Source: a virus
Lineage: Duplodnaviria > Heunggongvirae > Uroviricota > Caudoviricetes
Strand: one strand, 5' to 3'
Length of the DNA stretch: 8,649 nt
IMG/VR virus record: IMGVR_UViG_2698536414_000017
Shown here: piece after piece, positions 1 through 6,508 of the stretch
Layout of the letters: the number at the start of each line of letters is the position of its first letter
How positions within the stretch are numbered: position 1 is the stretch's first letter
Translations under genes and position numbers: made by a program
Notes under the pieces: generated by a model
Databases searched by the model: none
Told to the model about the DNA's origin: nothing
Seen by the model: only the letters and a program-made list of their open reading frames with translations

Positions 1-9
1 AATGTCAGC

Positions 10-294
10 GTGGTGCTGCGGGAGCCTTCGGCAGAGGCCTGGTATCTGTGGCAGGAAGTGCTCAATGGTGATGGAGAGGATGACGATACCCTGTCGGTGG
101 TGGCGAAAACCCGCCGTAACCTGGAAGCGGATGTGACGCTGTTCTGCGATGTCCTGTGTGATACTGACCTGCAACGGGTGTTCACTCCGGACGACCGTGA
201 GCAGGTGCTGGCCGTCTATGGTCCGGTACATGCCCGGTTGCTGCGTCAGGCACTGGAACTGATCGCTGATGCAGAGTCGGCCAGAAAAAAGTAG
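10..294 (+). CDS. G: Tail assembly chaperone (lambda gpG-like), upstream frame of the G/G-T pair; probably 5'-truncated by the window edge (frame open from position 1)
   Basis: ORF in frame 1 ending at TAG 292-294, with a -1 slippery heptamer three codons before the stop. Sits immediately upstream of the tape measure gene, as gpG does in lambdoid phages. First in-frame start in window is GTG at 10, but the true start may lie upstream. Assigned by synteny and frameshift architecture, not by recalled sequence identity. Confidence 0.7.
   Translation: MVLREPSAEAWYLWQEVLNGDGEDDDTLSVVAKTRRNLEADVTLFCDVLCDTDLQRVFTPDDREQVLAVYGPVHARLLRQALELIADAESARKK
285..291 (+). promoter_or_regulatory. Programmed -1 ribosomal frameshift site (slippery heptamer A AAA AAG)
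   Basis: Sequence a-aaa-aag read in the G frame as AGA-AAA-AAG then TAG. A -1 slip puts ribosomes into the frame (position 0 mod 3) that stays open to the TAA at 597-599. Same arrangement as the conserved G/G-T frameshift of long-tailed phages. Confidence 0.7.
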
Positions 295-599
295 CCCGCC
301 CGGAAATTCGCTTTCTGATGCGACTTGCGCTCCGTCTGGGGCGCACCTTATCCGAACTGCGGCACAGCCTGAGTGCGAGCGAGGCGATGATGTGGATGGA
401 GTTCGACAGGGTATCCCCGCTGGGTGATGAGCGCGGGGATATCCGTAATGCACAGATCGTGAAAGCGGTTTTCGGGGCACAGGGGATGAATGTTGCACTG
501 AAGGACGCCATGCTCTGCTGGGGCGAGGATGAGGATAAGCCGGAGGTGGATCCGTTTGCGGCGCTGGAAGACGCGCTGAGCCTTGCAGCAATGTCATAA
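291..599 (+). CDS. T: T-frame segment of the tail assembly chaperone, expressed only as the G-T fusion after the -1 frameshift (fusion = 10..291 joined to 291..599)
   Basis: Frame -1 relative to G is open from the slippery site to TAA 597-599. The ATG at 318 has no convincing Shine-Dalgarno. Position directly before the tape measure gene matches lambda gpGT. Confidence 0.65.
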   Translation, partial: VARPEIRFLMRLALRLGRTLSELRHSLSASEAMMWMEFDRVSPLGDERGDIRNAQIVKAVFGAQGMNVALKDAMLCWGEDEDKPEVDPFAALEDALSLAAMS

Positions 600-608
600 A
601 TAATGATG

Positions 609-634
609 AAAACCTGCTGTGGCAGGTTTTTTTT
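609..634 (+). terminator. Hairpin plus U-tract between T and the tape measure gene (intrinsic-terminator-like, possibly a partial terminator or RNA stability element)
   Basis: Read directly: aaaacctgc (609-617), loop tgtg, gcaggtttt (622-630), then T-run to 634. Lies in the 51-nt gap between the T stop and the H start codon. Confidence 0.45.
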
Positions 635-650
635 GCCCGGAGAAAGGTGA

Positions 651-3600
651 ATGGCGACGTTACGTGAACTGATTATCAAAATTTCGGCAAATTCACAGTC
701 ATTCCAGTCGGAGATCCAGCGGGCGTCCCGTATGGGCAGTGAATATTACCGGACCCTGCAGAATGGCGGACGTCAGGCTGCTGCGGCAGCCAGGGAGCAG
801 CGCCGGGCTCTGGCTGAGCTGCACAGCCAGTTGACGGAAATCCGCGCTTCGGCTGTCGGAATGACCGGTGCGTTTGCCGGTGCCTTTGCCACCGGACACC
901 TGATTTCGCTGGCGGATGAATGGAGCTCCGTGAATGCCCGTCTGAAACAGGCGTCGCAGTCATCGGATGAATTTGCGTCATCACAGAAAGTGCTGATGGA
1001 TATCAGCCAGCGGACAGGCACCGCATTTTCGGATAATGCGGCCCTGTTTGCCCGTTCGGCTGCCTCGATGCGTGAATATGGTTACAGTGCTGATGATGTG
1101 CTGAAGGTGACGGAGGCCATTTCGACAGGGCTGAAAATCTCCGGTGCCAGTACGGCAGAGGCGGGCTCGGTGATCACCCAGTTCAGTCAGGCGCTGGCGC
1201 AGGGTGTATTGCGTGGTGAGGAGTTTAATTCGGTCAATGAAAGTGGTGACCGGATCGTACGTGCACTGGCTGCGGGTATGGGCGTGGCCCGTAAAGATCT
1301 GAAGGCAATGGCGGATGACGGAAAACTGACAGCGGATAAAGTGGTCCCCGCGTTAATCAGCCAGCTGGGGATATTACGTGATGAATATGCGGCCATGCCG
1401 GAAACGGTTTCCAGTAGTATCACAAAGGTGGAAAACGCCTTTATGGCCTGGGTGGGCGGTGCGAATGAGGCCAGCGGGGTGACAAAAACGCTCTCCGGCA
1501 TGCTGAACGGTGTTGCCGGACAGATTGAGAATGTGGCAACAGCCGTGGGCGCGCTGGTTGCCGTCGGGGTTGCCCGGTACTTTGGCAATATGGCCTCCGG
1601 AGCGATGTCTGCCACGGCAGGACTTGTGACGGCTGCACGTAATGAAGTTGCACTGGCGGAAGCACAGTTCAGGGGAACGCAGATTGCCACGGCGCGGGCA
1701 AGGGCAGCCGTGTACCGTGCTCAGCAGGCCGTGGCGGCAGCCCGCGGGACGGAGATGCAGATTGCTGCAGAGGCCCGTCTGGCGGCCACACAGGAACGCC
1801 TGAACAGAAATATTGCTGCCAGAAGCGCCGCCCAGAATGCGCTGAACAGTACAACGGCGGTGGGCTCACGTCTGATGAGCGGTGCGCTGGGGCTGGTTGG
1901 TGGCGTACCCGGACTGGTGATGCTGGGGGCTGCAGCATGGTACACGCTGTACCAGAATCAGGAGCAGGCCAGGGAGTCTGCGCGCCAGTATGCACTGACG
2001 ATAGATGAAATCGCGCATAAAACGCCGTCAATGTCTTTGCCTGAAGCCTCAGATAATGAAGGACGAACACGGGCGGCGCTGACAGAGCAGAACCGGCTGA
2101 TTGATGAACAGGCCAGTCGGGTGAAATCCCTGCAGGAAAAAATCGCAGGATATCAGTATGTTCTGGCGAACCCGGGCTGGACGACCGGTGACGGATTCAT
2201 GATAAACCATCTGACCTCGGTGAAGACCGTAACGGAAGGGCTTGCTCAGGCAACAGAGCAGCTTGCCGTTGAGCAGTCCCGTCTGGCACAGATGCAGGAA
2301 AAAGCGCAGTCCATTCAGGATGTGCTTGCCGGGCTGGAAGACCGTCGTGTGGCGTTAATTCGTCAGCAGGCGGCAGAGCAGAATAAGGTGTACCAGTCCA
2401 TGCTGGTTATGAATGGTCAGCATACGGAATTCAACCGTCTGCTGGGGCTGGGTAATGAACTGCTTCAGCAGCGGCAGGGACTGGTGAATGTGCCGTTACG
2501 GCTGCCACAGGCCACTCTGGATGATAAACAGCAGAGTGCCCTGACAAAAACAGAGCGTGAGCTGGCCCTGTCCAGACTGAAAGGGGAAGAAAAAGAGCGT
2601 GTCCGGCTGGGGTATGCGGCGGATGACCTCGGTTTTGTGGGTGATCCGTATCAGGAGGCGAGACAGCGTTATATCAGTAATGCCCTGGAAGCCTGGCGCA
2701 ATAACGAGGCGAATAAACCCAAATCCCGGGGTGGAAAATCAGAGACGGAAAAAGCGGAAGACAGTTTTTCCCGGCTGCTGAAGCAGCAGAAAGAGCAACT
2801 GGCACTGGTGGGGCAGAATACAGAGCTGGCGAAGCTGAAATACCAGACTGCGCAGGGCGAACTGAAAACCCTGACGGAGATGCAGAAGCAGGAGCTGCTG
2901 CGTAATGCGGCCCTGATTGACCAGCAAAAAATCCGGGAACAGTTGCGATCCCGGGAAGAGACACTGAAGAATGAGAATGCGGCTGCGCGTGCGTCGAATG
3001 ATGCTGAACTGCTGGGGTACGGGCAGGGGGAACGAGCCAGAGAACGCATGCGGGAGTTGCAGCAGATCCGCGACAGCTTCCGCCAGAAGGATGCGGACCT
3101 TCAGTCTCAGTATCAGACCGGGGATATCAGTGAGGATTTTTACAGACAGGCTCTGGCGCAGAATGCACAGTATCTGAGTGAACGTCTGAAAGAGCAGGAA
3201 GCCTTTTATGCCGAATCGGATGCGCAGCGTGCGGACTGGCAGAAAGGGCTGCAGGAGGGATTCAGTAACTGGGTGGATAATGCGTCCGATTACGCCTCAC
3301 AGGCAGCACAGCTTGCGACGGAGGGTATCTCAGGGATGGTGAATAACATCACGGAGATGCTGAACGGAAATAAAGTGGAATGGCGCAGCTGGGCCTCATC
3401 AGTGCTGCAGGAAATATCAAAAGTTCTTATGAATGCCGCGATTGTCAACGGAATTAAGACGGCGGCAAACGGTATGTCCGGTGCGGGAGGATTTCTCGGC
3501 AGCATTGGTGACTGGCTGGGCGGAGCGGTGGCCAATGCAAAAGGCGGCGTGTATACCTCGGCAAACCTGAGTGCGTACAGCAACAGTATTGTGGATACGC

Positions 3601-3893
3601 CCACGTACTTTGCCTTTGCAAAAGGGGCCGGGCTGATGGGGGAGGCCGGACCTGAAGCCATTATGCCTCTGACGCGGGCGGCGGATGGCTCGCTGGGTGT
3701 GCGCGCGGTGGGTAGTATGAACGGCAGTGCGGGTCTGGTGTATTCCCCGGTCTACCATATCGCCATTCAGAATGACGGGACTAATGGCCAGATAGGGCCG
3801 GAGGCGGCAGGCAGCCTTGTGCAACTGATTGACCAGCGGGTGCAGGCGGTGATGCTGTCCATGCGACGTGACGGAGGAATGCTGAGTGGCTGA
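651..3893 (+). CDS. H: Tail tape measure protein, 1080 aa (lambda gpH functional analogue with lambda-like C-terminal domain)
   Basis: Shine-Dalgarno ggagaaagg 6-12 nt upstream of ATG 651. Long Ala/Gln/Glu/Arg-rich protein with predicted coiled-coil character and a Gly-rich hydrophobic segment. C-terminal ~120 aa (FAKGAGLMGEAGPEAIMPL...NDGTNGQIGP...RRDGGMLSG) resembles the lambda gpH C-terminus. Located between the chaperone pair and gpM. Confidence 0.9.
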   Translation: MATLRELIIKISANSQSFQSEIQRASRMGSEYYRTLQNGGRQAAAAAREQRRALAELHSQLTEIRASAVGMTGAFAGAFATGHLISLADEWSSVNARLKQASQSSDEFASSQKVLMDISQRTGTAFSDNAALFARSAASMREYGYSADDVLKVTEAISTGLKISGASTAEAGSVITQFSQALAQGVLRGEEFNSVNESGDRIVRALAAGMGVARKDLKAMADDGKLTADKVVPALISQLGILRDEYAAMPETVSSSITKVENAFMAWVGGANEASGVTKTLSGMLNGVAGQIENVATAVGALVAVGVARYFGNMASGAMSATAGLVTAARNEVALAEAQFRGTQIATARARAAVYRAQQAVAAARGTEMQIAAEARLAATQERLNRNIAARSAAQNALNSTTAVGSRLMSGALGLVGGVPGLVMLGAAAWYTLYQNQEQARESARQYALTIDEIAHKTPSMSLPEASDNEGRTRAALTEQNRLIDEQASRVKSLQEKIAGYQYVLANPGWTTGDGFMINHLTSVKTVTEGLAQATEQLAVEQSRLAQMQEKAQSIQDVLAGLEDRRVALIRQQAAEQNKVYQSMLVMNGQHTEFNRLLGLGNELLQQRQGLVNVPLRLPQATLDDKQQSALTKTERELALSRLKGEEKERVRLGYAADDLGFVGDPYQEARQRYISNALEAWRNNEANKPKSRGGKSETEKAEDSFSRLLKQQKEQLALVGQNTELAKLKYQTAQGELKTLTEMQKQELLRNAALIDQQKIREQLRSREETLKNENAAARASNDAELLGYGQGERARERMRELQQIRDSFRQKDADLQSQYQTGDISEDFYRQALAQNAQYLSERLKEQEAFYAESDAQRADWQKGLQEGFSNWVDNASDYASQAAQLATEGISGMVNNITEMLNGNKVEWRSWASSVLQEISKVLMNAAIVNGIKTAANGMSGAGGFLGSIGDWLGGAVANAKGGVYTSANLSAYSNSIVDTPTYFAFAKGAGLMGEAGPEAIMPLTRAADGSLGVRAVGSMNGSAGLVYSPVYHIAIQNDGTNGQIGPEAAGSLVQLIDQRVQAVMLSMRRDGGMLSG

Positions 3894-4227
3894 GATAAAA
3901 ACGCTGCATCTGGTCCCGCGTGAAGGGATGCAGGTGAGTGAGAAGCCGTCGGTGGTGAGGGTGCGGTTTGGTGACGGTTATGAACAGCGCCGCCCCACAG
4001 GGCTGAATCCTCAACTGAAGACGTTTCAGGCGGTGTTCCGGGTGACGGATGAGTCAACCCGGCGCTGGCTGGAAGAGTTTTTATCGTGGCATGGTGGTTA
4101 CCGTGCCTTTTTGTGGCGACCGCCGAAACATAACCGGACGGTGAGGGTTGTGTGCCGTGAGTGGAGTGTCACGGATAATGCCCGGTACAGTGATTTCAGT
4201 TGCACGATAGAGCAGGTGGTGAACTGA
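3886..4227 (+). CDS. M: Tail tip protein M (lambda gpM homologue), 113 aa
   Basis: GTG start overlaps the H stop (gtggcTGA), with ggagg 7 nt upstream. Protein contains VRFGDGY...HGG..FLW.PP motifs and ends EQVVN like lambda gpM. Confidence 0.85.
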   Translation: MAEIKTLHLVPREGMQVSEKPSVVRVRFGDGYEQRRPTGLNPQLKTFQAVFRVTDESTRRWLEEFLSWHGGYRAFLWRPPKHNRTVRVVCREWSVTDNARYSDFSCTIEQVVN

Positions 4228-4925
4228 TGCAGGATATTCACGAAGAAAGTCTGAACGAGTCGGTTAAATCAGAGCAGTCACCGCGGGTGGTGCTCTGGGA
4301 AATTGACCTGACGGTGCAGGGCGGTGAGCGGTATTTTTTCTGTAATGAGCTGAATGAAAAAGGGGAGCCGGTCACCTGGCAGGGGCGGCAATATCAGGCA
4401 TACCCGATTGACGGCAGCGGTTTTGAGATGAACGGGAAGGGCAGCAGTGCCAGACCGTCGCTGACGGTGTCCAATCTGTTTGGTCTGGTCACCGGGATGG
4501 CGGAGGACCTGCAGAGCCTGGTGGGGGCCACGGTGGTCCGCCGCCGGGTGTATGCCCGTTTTCTGGATGCGGTGAATTTTGTGGCGGGCAATCCGGAAGC
4601 GGACCCGGAGCAGGAGCTGAGCGACCGCTGGGTGGTGGAGCAGATGTCGCAGCTGACAGCCATGACGGCCTCGTTTGTGCTGGCCACACCGACCGAGACG
4701 GACGGGGCGCTGTTTCCCGGTCGTATCATGCTGGCGAACACCTGTATGTGGACCTACCGCTCTGATGAGTGTGGTTACACGGGCGGGGCTGTGGCGGATG
4801 AGTTCGATAAACCCACCACGGATATCCGTAAGGACAGATGCAGCAAGTGCATGCGCGGGTGTGAACTGCGCAGGAATGTCGGCAATTTTGGCGGTTTCCT
4901 TTCCATTAATAAACTTTCGCAGTAA
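4227..4925 (+). CDS. L: Tail tip protein L (lambda gpL homologue), 232 aa; C-terminal cysteine cluster
   Basis: ATG overlaps the M stop (TGATG), with aggtgg 7 nt upstream. Sequence MQDIHEESLNE...VVLWEIDLT...GGERYFFCNE...NVGNFGGFLSINKLSQ is near-collinear with lambda gpL. The track ORF begins 9 codons earlier at 4200, but homology and RBS favour 4227. Confidence 0.9.
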   Translation: MQDIHEESLNESVKSEQSPRVVLWEIDLTVQGGERYFFCNELNEKGEPVTWQGRQYQAYPIDGSGFEMNGKGSSARPSLTVSNLFGLVTGMAEDLQSLVGATVVRRRVYARFLDAVNFVAGNPEADPEQELSDRWVVEQMSQLTAMTASFVLATPTETDGALFPGRIMLANTCMWTYRSDECGYTGGAVADEFDKPTTDIRKDRCSKCMRGCELRRNVGNFGGFLSINKLSQ

Positions 4926-4935
4926 ATCCCGGTTT

Positions 4936-5679
4936 ATGACACAGACTGAATCAGCGATTCTGGCGCATGCCCGGCGGTGTGCGCCTGCGGAGTCGTGCGG
5001 CTTCGTGGTGAGAACGCCGGAGGGGGAGCGGTATATCCCTTGTGTGAATATCTCTGCAGAGCCGGAGGCGTATTTTCGTATTGCACCGGAAGACTGGCTG
5101 CGGGCAGAGATGCAGGGGGAGATTATGGCACTGGTCCACAGTCATCCCGGTGGTCTGCCCTGGCTGAGCGAGGCCGACCGGCGGCTGCAGATAAAAAGTG
5201 CACTGTCCTGGTGGCTGGTCTGCCGGGGGGACATTCATAAATTCCGCTGTGTGCCACATCTGACAGGACGGCGCTTTGAGCACGGGGTGACGGACTGTTA
5301 CACGCTGTTCCGGGATGCCTGCCATCTGGCGGGAATTGATATGCCGGATTTTGAGCGTGAGGATGACTGGTGGCGCAACGGTCAGAACCTGTACCTGGAC
5401 AATATGGAGGCGACTGGTTTTTACAGGATTTCCCTGCCTTCCGCACAGCCTGGCGATATCCTGCTGTGCTGCTTTGGCGCATCGGTGGCCAATCATGCCG
5501 CCATATACTGCGGCAACGGTGAGCTGCTTCACCATCTGCCTGAACAACTGAGTAAACGGGAGAGGTATTCCGAAAAATGGCAACGACGAACGCATTCTGT
5601 CTGGCGTCACCGCCACTGGCACGCATCTGCCTTCACGGGGATTTACAACGATTTGGCCGCCGCCTCAGCCTGTATGTGA
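4936..5679 (+). CDS. K: Tail tip assembly protein K (lambda gpK homologue): N-terminal MPN/JAMM domain plus C-terminal NlpC/P60-like domain, 247 aa
   Basis: Begins MTQTESAILAHARRCAPAESCGFVV, as I recall lambda gpK. JAMM motif HSHPGGLPWLSEAD (HxHx7Sx2D) is intact, and a candidate NlpC/P60 catalytic Cys sits in GVTDCYTLFRDA. The track ORF 4675..5679 is an in-frame upstream extension overlapping L and is rejected as the start. Confidence 0.9.
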   Translation: MTQTESAILAHARRCAPAESCGFVVRTPEGERYIPCVNISAEPEAYFRIAPEDWLRAEMQGEIMALVHSHPGGLPWLSEADRRLQIKSALSWWLVCRGDIHKFRCVPHLTGRRFEHGVTDCYTLFRDACHLAGIDMPDFEREDDWWRNGQNLYLDNMEATGFYRISLPSAQPGDILLCCFGASVANHAAIYCGNGELLHHLPEQLSKRERYSEKWQRRTHSVWRHRHWHASAFTGIYNDLAAASACM

Positions 5680-6257
5680 ACACGGCAGCGGAAGCCATTC
5701 GCGCCCTGTCGATGCAGATGCCGGGCTTTCGCCGTCAGATGAACGAAGGCTGGTACCAGATACGTATTGCCGGTGATGACACGGCACCGGAGGCGGTGTA
5801 TGCCCGTCTTCACGAACAGCTGGGTGAGGGAACGGTCATCCACATTGTGCCGCGACTGGCCGGGGCCGGAAAGGGTGGACTGCAGATTGTGCTGGGGGCG
5901 GCAGCCATCGTGGGCTCTTTCTTCACGGCCGGAGGCTCGATGGCGTTATGGGGTACAGCCCTGAGTGCCGGTGGTTTTTCTGCCACCACGATGCTGTTTT
6001 CACTGGGGGCCAGCATGATACTGGGCGGTGTGGCCCAGATGCTAGCCCCGAAGGCAAAAACACCGGAGTACAAAAGCACGGATAACGGTAAACAGAACAC
6101 GTACTTTTCCTCCCTGGATAACATGATTGCCCAGGGTAACCCGATGCCGGTGCCTTACGGGGAAATGCTGGTTGGCTCCCGCCGTATATCCCAGGACATC
6201 AGTACCCGTGATGAAGGCGGGGGCGGAAAGGTCGTGGTTATCGGGCGACAGGGGTAA
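5577..6257 (+). CDS. I: Tail tip assembly protein I (lambda gpI homologue), 226 aa
   Basis: Motifs ARICLHGDLQRFGRR, WYQIRIAGDD, VIHIVPRLAGAG, Gly/Ala-rich hydrophobic segment, TDNGKQNTYFSSLDNMIAQGN and GEMLVGSR match lambda gpI. Overlaps the 3' end of K by 103 nt in another frame. Confidence 0.9.
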   Translation: MATTNAFCLASPPLARICLHGDLQRFGRRLSLYVNTAAEAIRALSMQMPGFRRQMNEGWYQIRIAGDDTAPEAVYARLHEQLGEGTVIHIVPRLAGAGKGGLQIVLGAAAIVGSFFTAGGSMALWGTALSAGGFSATTMLFSLGASMILGGVAQMLAPKAKTPEYKSTDNGKQNTYFSSLDNMIAQGNPMPVPYGEMLVGSRRISQDISTRDEGGGGKVVVIGRQG

Positions 6258-6303
6258 AAAGAATAAAAAAATCCCGCAGTGATCGCGGACAGGAACTGCG
6301 GGA
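6258..6303 (-). terminator. Minus-strand intrinsic terminator: 9-bp perfect inverted repeat followed on the minus strand by a U-tract
   Basis: tcccgcagt (6272-6280) and actgcggga (6295-6303) are exact reverse complements around a 14-nt loop. On the minus strand the stem is followed by TTTTTTTATTCTTTTT (plus coordinates 6258-6271). On the plus strand it is preceded by A-run, so it should not terminate plus-strand transcription efficiently. Confidence 0.5.
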
Positions 6304-6362
6304 GCGTTACGAAGATTAAGTGTAAGGAATTATTCTTATGTCACGACAAAAAACATTAACGC
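6258..6362 (-). ncRNA. Candidate ~100-nt small RNA on the minus strand (hypothetical; bounded by the candidate promoter and the minus-strand terminator)
   Basis: No ORF longer than 6 codons on the minus strand here. Sigma70-like promoter candidate upstream and intrinsic terminator downstream. AT-rich (about one-third G+C by my count over 6301-6420) against roughly 55-60% in flanking genes. Confidence 0.25.
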
Positions 6363-6368
6363 AGAGAA

Positions 6369-6396
6369 ATTATTAGCACCACAGTCAGTTTGTGAA
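6369..6396 (-). promoter_or_regulatory. Candidate sigma70 promoter on the minus strand (TTCACA - 16 nt - AATAAT)
   Basis: Minus-strand -35 TTCACA is the complement of plus 6391-6396; -10 AATAAT is the complement of plus 6369-6374; spacer is 16 nt. Sequence match only. Confidence 0.25.
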
Positions 6397-6433
6397 AATG
6401 TGAAGATATTCAGAATTTTTATTCAGTCATGAT

Positions 6434-6466
6434 ACAGGCATCCTCCGGGGTGCCTGTTGTTTTTTG
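6434..6466 (+). terminator. Plus-strand intrinsic terminator upstream of J
   Basis: acaggcatc (6434-6442) pairs with ggtgcctgt (6449-6457), including one G-U pair, around a 6-nt loop, followed by tgttttttgg. Sits 40 nt upstream of the J Shine-Dalgarno. Confidence 0.55.
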
Positions 6467-6508
6467 GGCATAAACAGATTCAGACATCAGACAGGAGAGG
6501 GGGACAGA

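Noticed and set aside
318-599. ORF 318..599 as a free-standing 93-aa gene
   Set aside because: No Shine-Dalgarno before ATG 318. The frame is continuously open back through the slippery heptamer at 285-291, so it is better explained as the frameshift-dependent T portion of the G-T fusion.
2599-3177. Plus-strand off-frame ORFs 2599..2781 and 2971..3177 inside the tape measure gene
   Set aside because: Embedded out of frame in H, with highly basic low-complexity translations and no RBS; frame artefacts.
182-3824. Multiple minus-strand ORFs of 60-167 aa (for example 182..679, 676..984, 1187..1690, 1669..2070, 2669..3049, 3290..3661, 3417..3824) antisense to G/T and the tape measure gene
   Set aside because: All lie opposite a long plus-strand gene with clear phage-tail identity. 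Their translations are Pro/Arg/Ser/Ala-rich and low-complexity, as expected from reverse frames of GC-rich coding DNA. No RBS or recognisable domains.
4200-4226. Upstream ATG at 4200 as the L start (MHDRAGGEL extension)
   Set aside because: The ATG at 4227 overlaps the M stop (TGATG), has an aggtgg Shine-Dalgarno at the right distance, and yields a lambda-like N-terminus and a 232-aa product. The 4200 start lies inside M with no RBS.
4675-4935. N-terminal 87-codon extension of the K reading frame (track ORF 4675..5679) overlapping the 3' half of L
   Set aside because: The extension (MCWPHRPRRTGRCFP...) has no resemblance to gpK and overlaps L out of frame. The ATG at 4936 gives the lambda-like MTQTESAIL N-terminus right after the L stop.
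4394-6124. Minus-strand ORFs 4394..4741, 4489..4689, 4951..5622, 5123..5626, 5643..5843, 5810..6124 and plus-strand ORFs 4977..5240, 5315..5551, 5767..5964
   Set aside because: They lie antisense to, or in alternative frames of, L, K and I, which are recognisable tail genes by direct similarity. No independent start signals; compositions are typical of off-frame artefacts.
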